From an uncultured Spirochaetota bacterium (lineage in GTDB: Bacteria > Spirochaetota > Spirochaetia > SZUA-6 > Fen-1364), in assembly GCA_963820525.1 (NCBI GenBank), contig CAWGAA010000001.1:1664001-1728000 (forward strand): a stretch of 64,000 nucleotides of DNA, given 5' to 3'. Under the pieces are notes generated by a model, which saw only the letters and a program-made list of their open reading frames with translations, made no database searches and had not been told where the DNA came from. Positions within the stretch are counted from its first letter, which is position 1. Each line of letters begins with the position of its first letter. Below are positions 7,868 to 16,979 of this stretch, piece after piece. Position numbers and translations under genes: made by a program.

Positions 7868-10300
7868 GTGGCCGACAGGGGTTATATCGTCCATCCCGTC
7901 GAACGGCAGCGCGGCGGCAGAACTGAGCTCGACTTCATCGGGAGGCTTGAAGGCGGGGAAACCTTCGCCGTGGTTGAGAGGCGCCGCGCGCCCTTTTTCA
8001 ACCTGCGCGAGGACGACCTGCCGGCCGCCCGGGCCGTGTTGGCTCGGGAGGGCCTTTCTCCCACCGTTTCCCAAAGCCCCCGGCGCACCATGGACGGGGC
8101 CCCGACGGCGAGAATAGAGGCGGCCTCATCCGCCGAGGTGCGGCGGCTTCGCGACGCGCTTCACCGCGAGGGGGTGAGGACCTACGAGGCCGACGTGAAG
8201 CTTTCCTCCCAGCACCTCATGGACCTGCGCATCCGCGGGACCGTGGAGATCCGGGGGGCATGGCGCGCGGGAAGACGCCTGGCGCGGATCTACGAGAACC
8301 CGGACCTGTCCCCCGCCGTGTTCACGCCGAGGCTGTCCGTGCTCTCCTTCGACATCGAAACCGATGCCAAGGCGCAGAGCGTGTACGCCGTGGCCTTCGC
8401 GTTCCGCCCCGTGGACGGGCGGGAAACGCCGGCAGAGGTGATGGTGCACTCGGCGGGAGCCGTCGAGGGCGCGCGGTCCTTCGCCACGGAAAAGGAGCTT
8501 CTCGCCGGGGTCCGAAAACGCATCCTGGAGCTGGATCCCGACATCATCACGGGGTGGAACGTCATCGATTTCGATATCCGGGTGCTCTCCCGCCGCTTCG
8601 CCGCCCTTGGCGTCCCCTTCGACATCGGCCGCTCCGAGTCCCCGGCGCGGTTCCTCGACCGCGAAGGCACCGACGAGGTCGGCATCCGCTGGAGGAGAAG
8701 CAGGGCGATCGTCGACGGTCGCCAGGTCCTCGACGGAATGTGGCTGGCGAGGATGGCGGGCCTCGCCCTGGAAGACTATCGGCTGGAGACGGTGGCCCGG
8801 GCGATTCTGGGAAGGGGAAAACGTTTGGACAAGCTCGCGGGCGAGTCGGCAACCCAGGCCATCGAGCGCCTCTTTCGGGCCGATCCTTCGAGCCTTTGCG
8901 CGTACTGCCTCGAGGACGCGCGGCTCGCCCTCGAGATCCTGGACAGGGAAAGCCTCATCGATATCGCCCTGGCCAAGAGCCTCCTCATCGGCACTCCGCT
9001 GGATCAGACATGGGCAAGCGTGGCCTCCTTCGAGCTTCTCTACATGGAAAACCTTCACGCCCGCGGGTTCGTGGCCCCCACTTTAGGGATAGACCAGGGC
9101 CCTCTCGACAGGGCTCCCGGAGGCGGCATCATCACGCCTCGCGCCGGGCTGTACGAGAATGTGCTCGTCTTCGATTTCAAGAGCCTCTACCCCTCCCTCA
9201 TGCGCACCTTCAACATCGACCCATTGAGCCGCCTCGCGCCCGGCTCCCATCCCGCGCCGGGCGCCTTCATCACGGCACCCAACGGGGAACGTTTCGCCAG
9301 GGAACCCGGAATCATTCCGCAGATCCTCGACCGCTTCTTCGAGAGCAGGGAGCGTGCCAAGAAGGAGGGAAACCGCGCCGCGTCCTTTGCCTTCAAGATC
9401 GTGATGAACAGCTTCTACGGCGTTTTGGGTACCGACGGCTGCAGGTTCGCCTCATCCGGCCTTGCAGGGGCCGTGACCACCTTCGGCAGACATATCCTCT
9501 ACCGCACACGCGACCGCGTGCGCGCGTTGGGCTATGAGGTGATCTACGGGGACACCGACTCGCTTTTCGTGCTCTCCGGCCTGCCCCGCAGAGCGCGGGC
9601 CGGCGAGCTTGCCGCGCTGGGCGAATCCCAGTGCGCCAAGCTCAACGAGGAGCTCGCCTCCCATATCCAGGAGACCTATGGAGTCGATTCGAGACTGGAG
9701 CTGGAGTTCGAGGGAGTCTACCGGCGGTTCTTCCTGCCTCCAATGCGGACAGTCTCCACCCGATCCGACGCCGAGGAGGCCTCGGGCAGGGCGAAGGGCT
9801 ACGCGGGCGTGCGCGTATCTCTGGCGGACGGGGTCGAGCGCGAGGCCCTGGACATCGTCGGGATGGAGGCCGTGCGGCACGACTGGACAGAGCTCGCCCA
9901 GGAGCTCCAGCGGGACCTTCTGGGATGGGTATTCGCCGATACTCCCGCCTCCGCCATCGAGGAGAGGATTCGAAGCCTCATGAAACGGCTCCCCTCGGGA
10001 GCCCTCGACGACAAGCTCGTCTACCGCAAGCTCCTTCGAAAGCCGGTGGAGGCGTACACCAAGGCTTCTCCGCCGCACGCCCGTGCGGCGGCCATGCTCC
10101 CGCGCGAGGAGAGAAGCGGCCTCATCCGCTACCTCTGGACGCGGGACGGTCCCCAGCCCGAGTCGAGGCTGAGCTCCCCGATCGACTACGATCACTACGT
10201 GCAGAAGCAGATCCGCCCCATCGTGGAATCGGTGGCCCCGTTCGCCGGGCTCGCCGTGGACGGGATCTTCAGCCCGGGGGGCCAAATGGAGCTGTTCTAG
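7868..10300 (+). CDS. polB: DNA polymerase II (family B)
   Basis: Exo motifs SFDIET, GWNVIDFD and YCLED. Polymerase motifs DFKSLYPS, KIVMNSFYG and YGDTDS. C-terminal QMELF clamp-binding-like motif. GTG start at 7868 chosen because the upstream part of the ORF overlaps the hydrolase. Confidence 0.93.
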   Translation: MADRGYIVHPVERQRGGRTELDFIGRLEGGETFAVVERRRAPFFNLREDDLPAARAVLAREGLSPTVSQSPRRTMDGAPTARIEAASSAEVRRLRDALHREGVRTYEADVKLSSQHLMDLRIRGTVEIRGAWRAGRRLARIYENPDLSPAVFTPRLSVLSFDIETDAKAQSVYAVAFAFRPVDGRETPAEVMVHSAGAVEGARSFATEKELLAGVRKRILELDPDIITGWNVIDFDIRVLSRRFAALGVPFDIGRSESPARFLDREGTDEVGIRWRRSRAIVDGRQVLDGMWLARMAGLALEDYRLETVARAILGRGKRLDKLAGESATQAIERLFRADPSSLCAYCLEDARLALEILDRESLIDIALAKSLLIGTPLDQTWASVASFELLYMENLHARGFVAPTLGIDQGPLDRAPGGGIITPRAGLYENVLVFDFKSLYPSLMRTFNIDPLSRLAPGSHPAPGAFITAPNGERFAREPGIIPQILDRFFESRERAKKEGNRAASFAFKIVMNSFYGVLGTDGCRFASSGLAGAVTTFGRHILYRTRDRVRALGYEVIYGDTDSLFVLSGLPRRARAGELAALGESQCAKLNEELASHIQETYGVDSRLELEFEGVYRRFFLPPMRTVSTRSDAEEASGRAKGYAGVRVSLADGVEREALDIVGMEAVRHDWTELAQELQRDLLGWVFADTPASAIEERIRSLMKRLPSGALDDKLVYRKLLRKPVEAYTKASPPHARAAAMLPREERSGLIRYLWTRDGPQPESRLSSPIDYDHYVQKQIRPIVESVAPFAGLAVDGIFSPGGQMELF

Positions 10301-10623
10301 AAAATGCGCTCCACGGTCATTCGAAACCAGCGGATGTTCTCAGCGTCCAGCCAGTAGCAGGTTGCCGGACCCTCGGCCTCCGCGGAGACCCACCCCGCGT
10401 CGCGAAGGGCCCGCAGGTGCTGCGAGACCGTGGCCTGCGCGATGGGGAGGGCCTTCACGACGTCCGCCGTGATGGAGCCGGGGTGCGATGCGAGAAACTG
10501 GATGATGCGGAAGCGCATGGGGTTTCCCAGGGCCTTGAACATCGTGATGAGACGCCTGCGTTCCGGCTCCCGGATGTCGAGGGAAGGCTCCGGCTCGGCG
10601 GAAAAGGACTCCCGGACTTTCAT
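10297..10623 (-). CDS. ArsR/SmtB family transcriptional regulator
   Basis: FKALGNPMRFRII...IAQATVSQHLRALRDAG winged HTH, with TCYW near the C-terminus. Confidence 0.9.
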   Translation of the reverse strand: MKVRESFSAEPEPSLDIREPERRRLITMFKALGNPMRFRIIQFLASHPGSITADVVKALPIAQATVSQHLRALRDAGWVSAEAEGPATCYWLDAENIRWFRMTVERIF

Positions 10624-10666
10624 CGTTTGTCTGCGATATTGTGGGATGTTCCCGACCGGCCGTCAA
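10622..10666 (-). promoter_or_regulatory. sigma70-type promoter and candidate ArsR operator for the arsR gene
   Basis: Minus strand TTGACG-17bp-CACAAT. An ATCG-N8-CGAT palindrome (10622-10637) overlaps the start codon. Confidence 0.55.
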
Positions 10667-11654
10667 GGGGAGGAAACCTGATGGAGCGCAGCGAGGACCT
10701 CGTCCAAGCCGCGTGGTCACCCGCGACTATTTCAACCAGCCGGTGCCCCAGGAGGGCACGGGATCGGGATTCGTCTATGACGGTCAGGGGCATATCGTCA
10801 CCAACTTCCACGTGGTTGAAAACGCCCAGTCGATTTCGATCACGCTTTCCAGCGGCAAGCTCTACAAGGCCGCCGTGGTAGGGTCCGACCCGTCGAACGA
10901 CCTCGCCGTTCTTTTGGCCGGCCCATCCAGCCTGCCCGCCCCCCTCCCCCTGGGGGATTCTTCGAGCCTCAAAGTCGGGCAGTTCGTGGTGGCGCTGGGA
11001 AACCCTTTCGGCCTTCAGGGCACCCTCACCCTGGGTGTCATCAGCGCGCTGGGCAGGATCATCCAGAGCCCCGACGGCAGGTTCATCGGGGAGGCGATTC
11101 AGACCGACACCCCGATCAACCCGGGAAACTCGGGAGGCCCGCTTCTCGATCTGCAGGGCCGGGTTGTGGGAATCAACTCCCAGATCCTGAGCCCCAGCGG
11201 GGCAAGCTCGGGCATCGGCTTCGCCGTTTCTTCAAAGACGATTCAGAGGGTGGTGCCCCAGCTCATCTCGAAGGGCCGCTATCCCCACACCTATCTCGGC
11301 GTGCGCGGGGTTGACTTGAGCGCGGACTTGACCAAAACGCTTCGAGACGCCGGCGCCCAGATTTCCTCCGACAAAGGCCTGCTCGTGGTGGAGATCGTCC
11401 CCGACAGCCCGGCGGACAAGGCCGGCATCCGGGGCGCGGGCACCAGTGTTGTGCAGATAGGCAATGCCGAGGTCCCCGTGGGAGGAGACGTGATCGTCGC
11501 CATCAACGGAACCCCGATCAACGGCTTCCAGGATCTCACCGTCATGCTCGAGACCCAGACCCGCGTGGGAGATGCCGTGACGATCTCCGTGGTCAGGGCA
11601 GGCAGGAAGACGGACCTCAAGACCACGCTTACCGAGCGGCCCGCAAAGTACTAG
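10641..11654 (+). CDS. HtrA/DegP-like serine protease (trypsin + PDZ), apparently lacking its N-terminal export region
   Basis: GSGF, TNFHVV, DLAVL and INPGNSGGPL catalytic motifs plus one PDZ domain. Homology-like sequence starts only near 10713. Confidence 0.85.
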   Translation: MGCSRPAVKGRKPDGAQRGPRPSRVVTRDYFNQPVPQEGTGSGFVYDGQGHIVTNFHVVENAQSISITLSSGKLYKAAVVGSDPSNDLAVLLAGPSSLPAPLPLGDSSSLKVGQFVVALGNPFGLQGTLTLGVISALGRIIQSPDGRFIGEAIQTDTPINPGNSGGPLLDLQGRVVGINSQILSPSGASSGIGFAVSSKTIQRVVPQLISKGRYPHTYLGVRGVDLSADLTKTLRDAGAQISSDKGLLVVEIVPDSPADKAGIRGAGTSVVQIGNAEVPVGGDVIVAINGTPINGFQDLTVMLETQTRVGDAVTISVVRAGRKTDLKTTLTERPAKY

Positions 11655-11676
11655 GCCGGTCCCCCTCAGCTCCTAG

Positions 11677-13189
11677 GAGCCTGTCGGGCTTTGGCGACGA
11701 TTTGCGCGGGCGTTCAGCGGCCAGGATCGGCCAGCGGCTCTCTGGGTTGGTGACAGAGAGCGTTCGTCTGCCCTGCGCCACCTCCCCGTGATCCTACCGT
11801 ACTGCTTCATGCTCTCGACAAGCCCCAAAGGCGTTTCACGTTGTAGGCAAGACAAACCAAGTCCCACTCGGTATGCACTTTATCCAGGCCCCGCAGGAGG
11901 AACTGGCGGAACCCCATCGCAGCTTTAATGATCCCGAATACCGGCTCCACCGTCGAAGCCCGCCGCGCGTAGATGCGTTTGCCATCCTTTTGTGCAAGCT
12001 TCTCGCGCATCGCCACAAGCCGCGGATCGGTGACCTTCTTCAAGGGCCGCGAGGAAGGCGGGCGGAAATCATAGCGACGCTCGTTATGATCTTCTCGTGT
12101 GATTGCCACGTATAGCTCAACGCCCTGCTGCTGCAGAGTGTCAAAGGAATCGGCGTTGGCATATCCACCATCAGCAAGAGCGCGTTGAACCATGCCGATC
12201 GAAGGGTCTACACTTTGCACCGCAGGCTCAAGTTGGTTGGCATCGCTGGGGGTTCGGATCACATCCGTGCTCAGTACCAGCTGGCTGCCTTCGGCATCCA
12301 CGACCGCTTGTGCGTTGTAGGCCTGCTCGTAGCTGTCGCGTTTGCTCTTGCGCATCAAGGCGCTGTCAGGATCGCTGAGGTTGATCTGCTGGGAGTCCTT
12401 CGGTCGCCCAGGGCTTGCACCCCCCGCCTTTGGCCCCTGACCCTTGTCTTCTTCCTCCTGCTCGACATCCTCGTTTTGGGCTCGCTTCTCAAGTTCCTGA
12501 CGCGCCCAAAGCATCTTTTCCAGAAGCGCTTCGCGTCGCGCGATCTCCGGTGGCAGCTTTTGATCATCTCCCGTCGCCTCGGTGTCGCTTTTCTCGGCAC
12601 GGGCCAACAGCTCTTCTATATCTTTACGTAGCAACTTTTCCAACTCGCCTGCCCGATCATAGCGCACACTCTTGTGTTTAGAGGCATTGGCCTTGATATG
12701 AGTTCCATCAACGCTCACCGTGCCCACCCGCAACAGCCCCATCTCCCGTGCCAGACGCAGCACTTCAACGAACGCCTGCTTTACTGCCTCCCCGTTCTCT
12801 CGGCGAAACGCGCAAATGGTGTCATGATCCGGATGGGTATCACCTGTCAGGTAGCGTACTGCCACGTCGCGATAGGTCGCCCGCTCGATACGCCGCGAGC
12901 TGAAAAGCCCGTTTGCATAGCAATAAATCACCAGCGCCAGCATCATCCGCGGAGGGTATTGCTTGCTGCCGCTGCCACGATGATTTACCGCGAGGGCTGA
13001 CATATTCATCATCTCGACAGCGTTGACAACGAAGTGCACCAGATCGTCCTCCGGTACCCACTGGCGCAAATCCACCGGCAACAGCATCGGCGTCTCTCGA
13101 TCTACATTTACCAGCCGTTCAGCCATGTCCAAAGCTTATCACGCCTCAGCCTTTTACGGAAACACCGGTCGCTAAAGTCCGACAGGCTC
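11677..13189 (-). mobile_element. IS1182-family insertion sequence, 1513 bp, flanked by CTAG direct repeats
   Basis: Terminal IRs GAGCCTGTCGG(G/A)CTTT(G/A)GCGAC match at 20/22. CTAG lies at 11673-11676 and 13190-13193. Single transposase ORF. Confidence 0.93.
11807..13132 (-). CDS. IS1182-family DDE transposase
   Basis: YPPRMML...SSRRIE...PDHDTICAFR, VDGTHIKANAS, SDPDSALM, AYNAQAVVD, ADGGY and RRASTVEPVFGIIK motifs. Confidence 0.95.
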   Translation of the reverse strand: MDMAERLVNVDRETPMLLPVDLRQWVPEDDLVHFVVNAVEMMNMSALAVNHRGSGSKQYPPRMMLALVIYCYANGLFSSRRIERATYRDVAVRYLTGDTHPDHDTICAFRRENGEAVKQAFVEVLRLAREMGLLRVGTVSVDGTHIKANASKHKSVRYDRAGELEKLLRKDIEELLARAEKSDTEATGDDQKLPPEIARREALLEKMLWARQELEKRAQNEDVEQEEEDKGQGPKAGGASPGRPKDSQQINLSDPDSALMRKSKRDSYEQAYNAQAVVDAEGSQLVLSTDVIRTPSDANQLEPAVQSVDPSIGMVQRALADGGYANADSFDTLQQQGVELYVAITREDHNERRYDFRPPSSRPLKKVTDPRLVAMREKLAQKDGKRIYARRASTVEPVFGIIKAAMGFRQFLLRGLDKVHTEWDLVCLAYNVKRLWGLSRA

Positions 13190-13699
13190 CTAGATCGCGT
13201 AATTGGGCGCCGGGCGGCTGATCTCCTGCGCCTGACGTGCGAGCTCCGCCAGGGTGAAGGAAGACAGCGACCTTTCGATATCTTCGGAAAGCTTCCTCCA
13301 CACACTTCGCGCGACGCAGGAGACTGCCCGCGGGCAGCCCTCCGACTGCCGCCGGGACGGGCGCGGAAGCGGGGCCGGCCGCGGATCGCCCTCTTCGTCG
13401 CAAGAGCCGTCCTCGACGCACGAGACCACGGCGATCCGGCCCTCGATGGCCTCTACAACGTCCTTGACGGTGATCTCCTCCGGCGGGCGCGCCAGGGAGT
13501 AGCCTCCATGCGAGCCGCGCTGGGAAACCACCATTCCCGCGCTTTTCAGGGGGATGATGATCTGGCCGAGGTACTTTTCAGAGATCCCCTCGCTTCGCGA
13601 CACGTCGCGAAGGAGGGTGATCCCATTGCCGTAGCTCATGGAGAGTGAAACCATGAGACGGACCCCGTAGCGGCTGCGGGTCGACATGCGAAGCGCCAT
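13190..13699 (-). CDS. Rrf2 family regulator (CymR/IscR-like)
   Basis: STRSRYG, ISEKYLGQI, SQRGSHGGYSLA and C-terminal Cys residues. Last gene of the metY-cysK operon. Confidence 0.92.
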   Translation of the reverse strand: MALRMSTRSRYGVRLMVSLSMSYGNGITLLRDVSRSEGISEKYLGQIIIPLKSAGMVVSQRGSHGGYSLARPPEEITVKDVVEAIEGRIAVVSCVEDGSCDEEGDPRPAPLPRPSRRQSEGCPRAVSCVARSVWRKLSEDIERSLSSFTLAELARQAQEISRPAPNYAI

Positions 13700-13703
13700 G
13701 CCC

Positions 13704-14630
13704 TCAGGTCTCCTCGAACAGCCAGGTGCTGAGGTAGCGCTCTCCCGTGTCGGGCAGGATCACGACGATGAGCTTGCCCGTGTTCTCCCTGCGCGCGGCC
13801 ACCTGCAGGGCCGCCCAGGCGGCGGCGCCCGAAGAGATCCCGACAAGAAGCCCTTCCTCCCGGGCCAGCCGCCGGGCGGTGGCGCCCGCGTCTTCCTCTT
13901 CCACGGGGATGATTTCGTCGATGATTGTGCGGTTGAGGACGGCGGGCACGAAGTTCGCCCCGATGCCCTGGATCCTGTGGGGGGCAGGCGAGCCTCCCGA
14001 GAGAATGGGGGATTTCTTGGGCTCCACGGCGATGGCCTTGAATCCCGGCTTCCTCTTCTTGATCACCTCCGCCACTCCCGTGATGGTGCCGCCCGTTCCA
14101 ATACCGCTCACCAGGATGTCCACGTGCCCATCCGTGTCGCGCCAGATCTCCTCCGCCGTGGTCCGACGGTGCACCTCCGGATTGGCCGGGTTCTCGAACT
14201 GCTGGGGCATGAACGCCCCCGGGGTCTCCTTCACGATCTCCCGGGCCTTGTCCACGGCGGCCTGCATGCCGCCGGCCGCGGGGGTCAGCACGAGCTCCGC
14301 CCCGAAGACCTTCAGGAGCTTCCGCCGCTCCACGCTGAAGCTCTCCGGCATCGTGAGGATGCAGCGGTATCCCTTCACCGCGGCGATATACGCCAGGCCG
14401 ATCCCTGTGTTGCCGCTGGTGGGCTCCACGATGACGTCGCCCTTTTTCAGGCGGCCCGTCTTCTCCGCGTCCTCGATCATGGCGAGGGCGATCCTGTCCT
14501 TGACGCTGGCCAGGGGGTTTCTGGACTCCAGTTTTGCGGCGACTGTGGCGGCAAGCCCCACCGCCACCCTGTTGAGCTTCACAAGCGGCGTGCCGCCCAC
14601 AAGCTCCAGAACGCTCGATTTTATATCCAT
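13704..14630 (-). CDS. cysK: Cysteine synthase A
   Basis: SVKDRIA (PLP Lys), [20 protein letters not shown] and [18 protein letters not shown] before ATG 14630. Confidence 0.96.
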   Translation of the reverse strand: MDIKSSVLELVGGTPLVKLNRVAVGLAATVAAKLESRNPLASVKDRIALAMIEDAEKTGRLKKGDVIVEPTSGNTGIGLAYIAAVKGYRCILTMPESFSVERRKLLKVFGAELVLTPAAGGMQAAVDKAREIVKETPGAFMPQQFENPANPEVHRRTTAEEIWRDTDGHVDILVSGIGTGGTITGVAEVIKKRKPGFKAIAVEPKKSPILSGGSPAPHRIQGIGANFVPAVLNRTIIDEIIPVEEEDAGATARRLAREEGLLVGISSGAAAWAALQVAARRENTGKLIVVILPDTGERYLSTWLFEET

Positions 14631-14690
14631 GACGATCTCCTTATCACCTGTTTCTTGCGCGCCGTCTCTCACGCGAGGCGGCCGTCGTTA

Positions 14691-15989
14691 TCACTCGACC
14701 CCTTTGAGGGCCTGGTCGATGTCGGCCGTGATGTCGTCGATGTGCTCCAGGCCGACCGAAAGGCGGACCAGCTCCGGCGTCAGCCCGCTCTCCCTCTGCT
14801 GCTCCTCGCTGAGCTGGGAATGGGATGTGCTCGAGGGGTGCAGGGCGAGGCTCTTCGCGTCTCCCACGTTCGCCAGATGGGAGAAGAGCTTCAGGCCGTT
14901 GATGAACTTCTCTCCCGCGGCGCGGCCGCCCGCGACGCCGAATACCACCATGCCGCCGAAGCCCTTTTTCAGGTATCTCGAGGCCAGGGGGTAGGCCGGA
15001 TCCTCGGCAAGCCCCGGGTAGCGCACCCACTTCACCTTGGGGTGCTTTTTCAGGAACTTGGCCACCGCCATTGCGTTCGAGCAGATCCTCTCCATCCTCA
15101 CGGAAAGGGTCTCGATTCCCTGGAGAAAGAGCCACGCGTTGTCCGGCGAGACGCAGGCGCCGAGGTTGCGCAGCGGTACGGTGCGAAGACGCAGGGCATA
15201 CGAGATGGGAGAAAGCTCCGCGGGAAGGTCTCGCGCCCACTTGAGGCCGTGGTAGTTGGGATCCGGCTCGTTGAAGAGGGCGAACTTCGAGTCCCGCCAG
15301 TCGAACCTGCCGGAATCCGTGACGATCCCGCCGATGGCCGTCCCGTGGCCGCCGAGCCACTTGGTGAGGGAGTTGACCACGATGTCCGCCCCATGATCGA
15401 TGGTGCGCAGAAGGTACGGCGTGGTGAAAGTTGCATCCACGATGAGGGGAAGCCCGTTGGCGTGCGCCACCTTCGCCACCGCCTCCACGTCCGTGAAGTC
15501 GAGCACGGGATTTCCGATCGTCTCGATGAAGAGCGCCCGCGTCCGGGACGTGATGGCCTTCTGGAAGTTGGCTGGATTATCGGGCTTGACCAGCTTCACG
15601 GTGATTCCCAGCTGGGGCAGGATCGCGTCGAACATCGTGTAGGTTCCCCCGTAGAGGTTGTTGGCGGACACGATCTCGTCTCCCGCGCGGGCGAGATTGA
15701 TGATGGCGTAGAAAACGGCGGTGGTTCCCGAGGCCAGGGCCACCGAAGCGGCCCCTCCCTCCAGAAGTGAGACTCTCTGCTCCAGAACGTCGTGCGTGGG
15801 GTTTCCCAGCCGGGTGTAGATGTAACCCAGCTCCTTCAGGGCGAAGAGGTTTGCTGCGCGCTCCGTGCTGGGAAACACGAAGGAGCTCGTCCTGTACACG
15901 GGAACCGCTCGTGAAGTAGTGGCGGGATCCGGCTGCTGGCCGCCATGCAGTGCCAGGGTCTCGAAACGGAAGGCCTGCTGTTCGCTCAT
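14691..15989 (-). CDS. metY: O-acetylhomoserine aminocarboxypropyltransferase / sulfhydrylase
   Basis: IYTRLGNPT, SLTKWLGGHG, HLANVGDAKSL and HSQLS. Confidence 0.93.
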   Translation of the reverse strand: MSEQQAFRFETLALHGGQQPDPATTSRAVPVYRTSSFVFPSTERAANLFALKELGYIYTRLGNPTHDVLEQRVSLLEGGAASVALASGTTAVFYAIINLARAGDEIVSANNLYGGTYTMFDAILPQLGITVKLVKPDNPANFQKAITSRTRALFIETIGNPVLDFTDVEAVAKVAHANGLPLIVDATFTTPYLLRTIDHGADIVVNSLTKWLGGHGTAIGGIVTDSGRFDWRDSKFALFNEPDPNYHGLKWARDLPAELSPISYALRLRTVPLRNLGACVSPDNAWLFLQGIETLSVRMERICSNAMAVAKFLKKHPKVKWVRYPGLAEDPAYPLASRYLKKGFGGMVVFGVAGGRAAGEKFINGLKLFSHLANVGDAKSLALHPSSTSHSQLSEEQQRESGLTPELVRLSVGLEHIDDITADIDQALKGVE

Positions 15990-16047
15990 CTCGATCTCCT
16001 TTTATTCTCCGAAAAAGTCGATCTATAGGATCAATTCAATATAATTC

Positions 16048-16101
16048 ACTACTAATCCTATAGTTTTAGTAGTATTTAGATGAAAAATGGAAGATTGTCA
16101 A
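16048..16101 (-). promoter_or_regulatory. Candidate Rrf2 operator and promoter of metY-cysK-rrf2
   Basis: Palindrome ACTACTAA-tc-CTATAG-tt-TTAGTAGT (16048-16073) lies just downstream of a minus-strand TTGACA (16096-16101), in an AT-rich island. Confidence 0.7.
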
Positions 16102-16125
16102 GCGATTTCTAGGAATGAGAGCCTA

Positions 16126-16452
16126 TTATTTCTTTTTCATTGTGCAGCAATCGAGCCGCTCATGGCCGAAGGTTTTTTCATTGTTTTCTATCATCCGGGA
16201 AAGAAAGCGGGTGAAGGGATTGCGTGAGGGTTTCAGCAGCGGCACCCGATAGCCGAGGGTTTCTATCATCCGGGTAACGCTTTCAAGGCTTGTCGCCGCA
16301 GGGTAGTAGCCAAATGAGACTCTGCCAATCTCCACATCAAGGTTCTCGAGGCCTTGAATCCCGGTGAGCGCAGTCTTGACTGTTTCCACGCACCCTTCGC
16401 ACTTCATTCCAAGGACCTGCAGACTTGCACGCTCGAGCTCATTCTCTACCAT
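16126..16452 (-). CDS. CopZ-like HMA-domain protein with a C-terminal LDCC-motif extension
   Basis: GMKCEGC HMA motif, then FLSRMIENNEKTFGHERLDCC. Confidence 0.88.
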   Translation of the reverse strand: MVENELERASLQVLGMKCEGCVETVKTALTGIQGLENLDVEIGRVSFGYYPAATSLESVTRMIETLGYRVPLLKPSRNPFTRFLSRMIENNEKTFGHERLDCCTMKKK

Positions 16453-16490
16453 ATCTAACCTCCCACGCAGGTTGCATGAACACCTCTCGA

Positions 16491-16550
16491 TACCCCCCCA
16501 CCCCCGGGGTGTACCTTCCTTAATTTAGCCCCTATTCTTCTAGACGTCAA
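16491..16550 (-). promoter_or_regulatory. Promoter and CsoR-type G/C-tract operator
   Basis: Minus strand TTGACG-17bp-TAAATT followed by TACACCCCGGGGGTGGGGGGGTA. It shares the exact core CCCCGGGGGTGGGG with the copA upstream site. Confidence 0.75.
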
Positions 16551-16598
16551 CCCTCCTACACTGACAAAAAAAGAAAACGATTGTAGAATGAGAAAGCC

Positions 16599-16979
16599 AT
16601 GCTCGTGGAAGTAACCGACGTCCAGCAGGTCCCCGGGGATCCTCGCCGGCGCTGGTTCATGGATGAGTACTTTGACCTCATAGTCTGGTATGCGGGAGAA
16701 TCCATAAGCGGGTTTCAGCTCTGCTACGACAAGACAATAAAGGAGAGGGCGTTGACGTGGCACGGAGTCAAAGGTTTCAGCCATGAAAGGATTGACGACG
16801 GGGAGATTCCCGGACGATACAAGATGACGCCGGTCCTGGTCCCCGACGGACAGTTCGATTCAGAGCAGATCGCCTCGCGGTTTCGACGCGAAAGCTCTGC
16901 AATAGATCCCGGGGTGGCGCGGTTCGTGCTGGAGGTTCTTTCGCAATACCCCGGAGCGCGGGGCCGGCCGAAGAGCTAG
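16599..16979 (+). CDS. Hypothetical protein, 126 aa
   Basis: Protein-like ORF (RRWFMDEYFDLIVW, GFQLCYDK). Its TAG stop lies inside the CTAG flanking the MITE. Confidence 0.75.
   Translation: MLVEVTDVQQVPGDPRRRWFMDEYFDLIVWYAGESISGFQLCYDKTIKERALTWHGVKGFSHERIDDGEIPGRYKMTPVLVPDGQFDSEQIASRFRRESSAIDPGVARFVLEVLSQYPGARGRPKS

Noticed and set aside
7820..10300. PolB as marker of a prophage, casposon or pipolin, and an SOS box upstream
   Set aside because: No integrase, Cas1, terminal repeats or phage genes nearby, and the upstream sequence has no convincing LexA palindrome.
13345..13405. Pro/Arg-rich insertion between the Rrf2 cysteines
   Set aside because: It is in frame and in a naturally variable loop, with no repeat or mobile-element ends.
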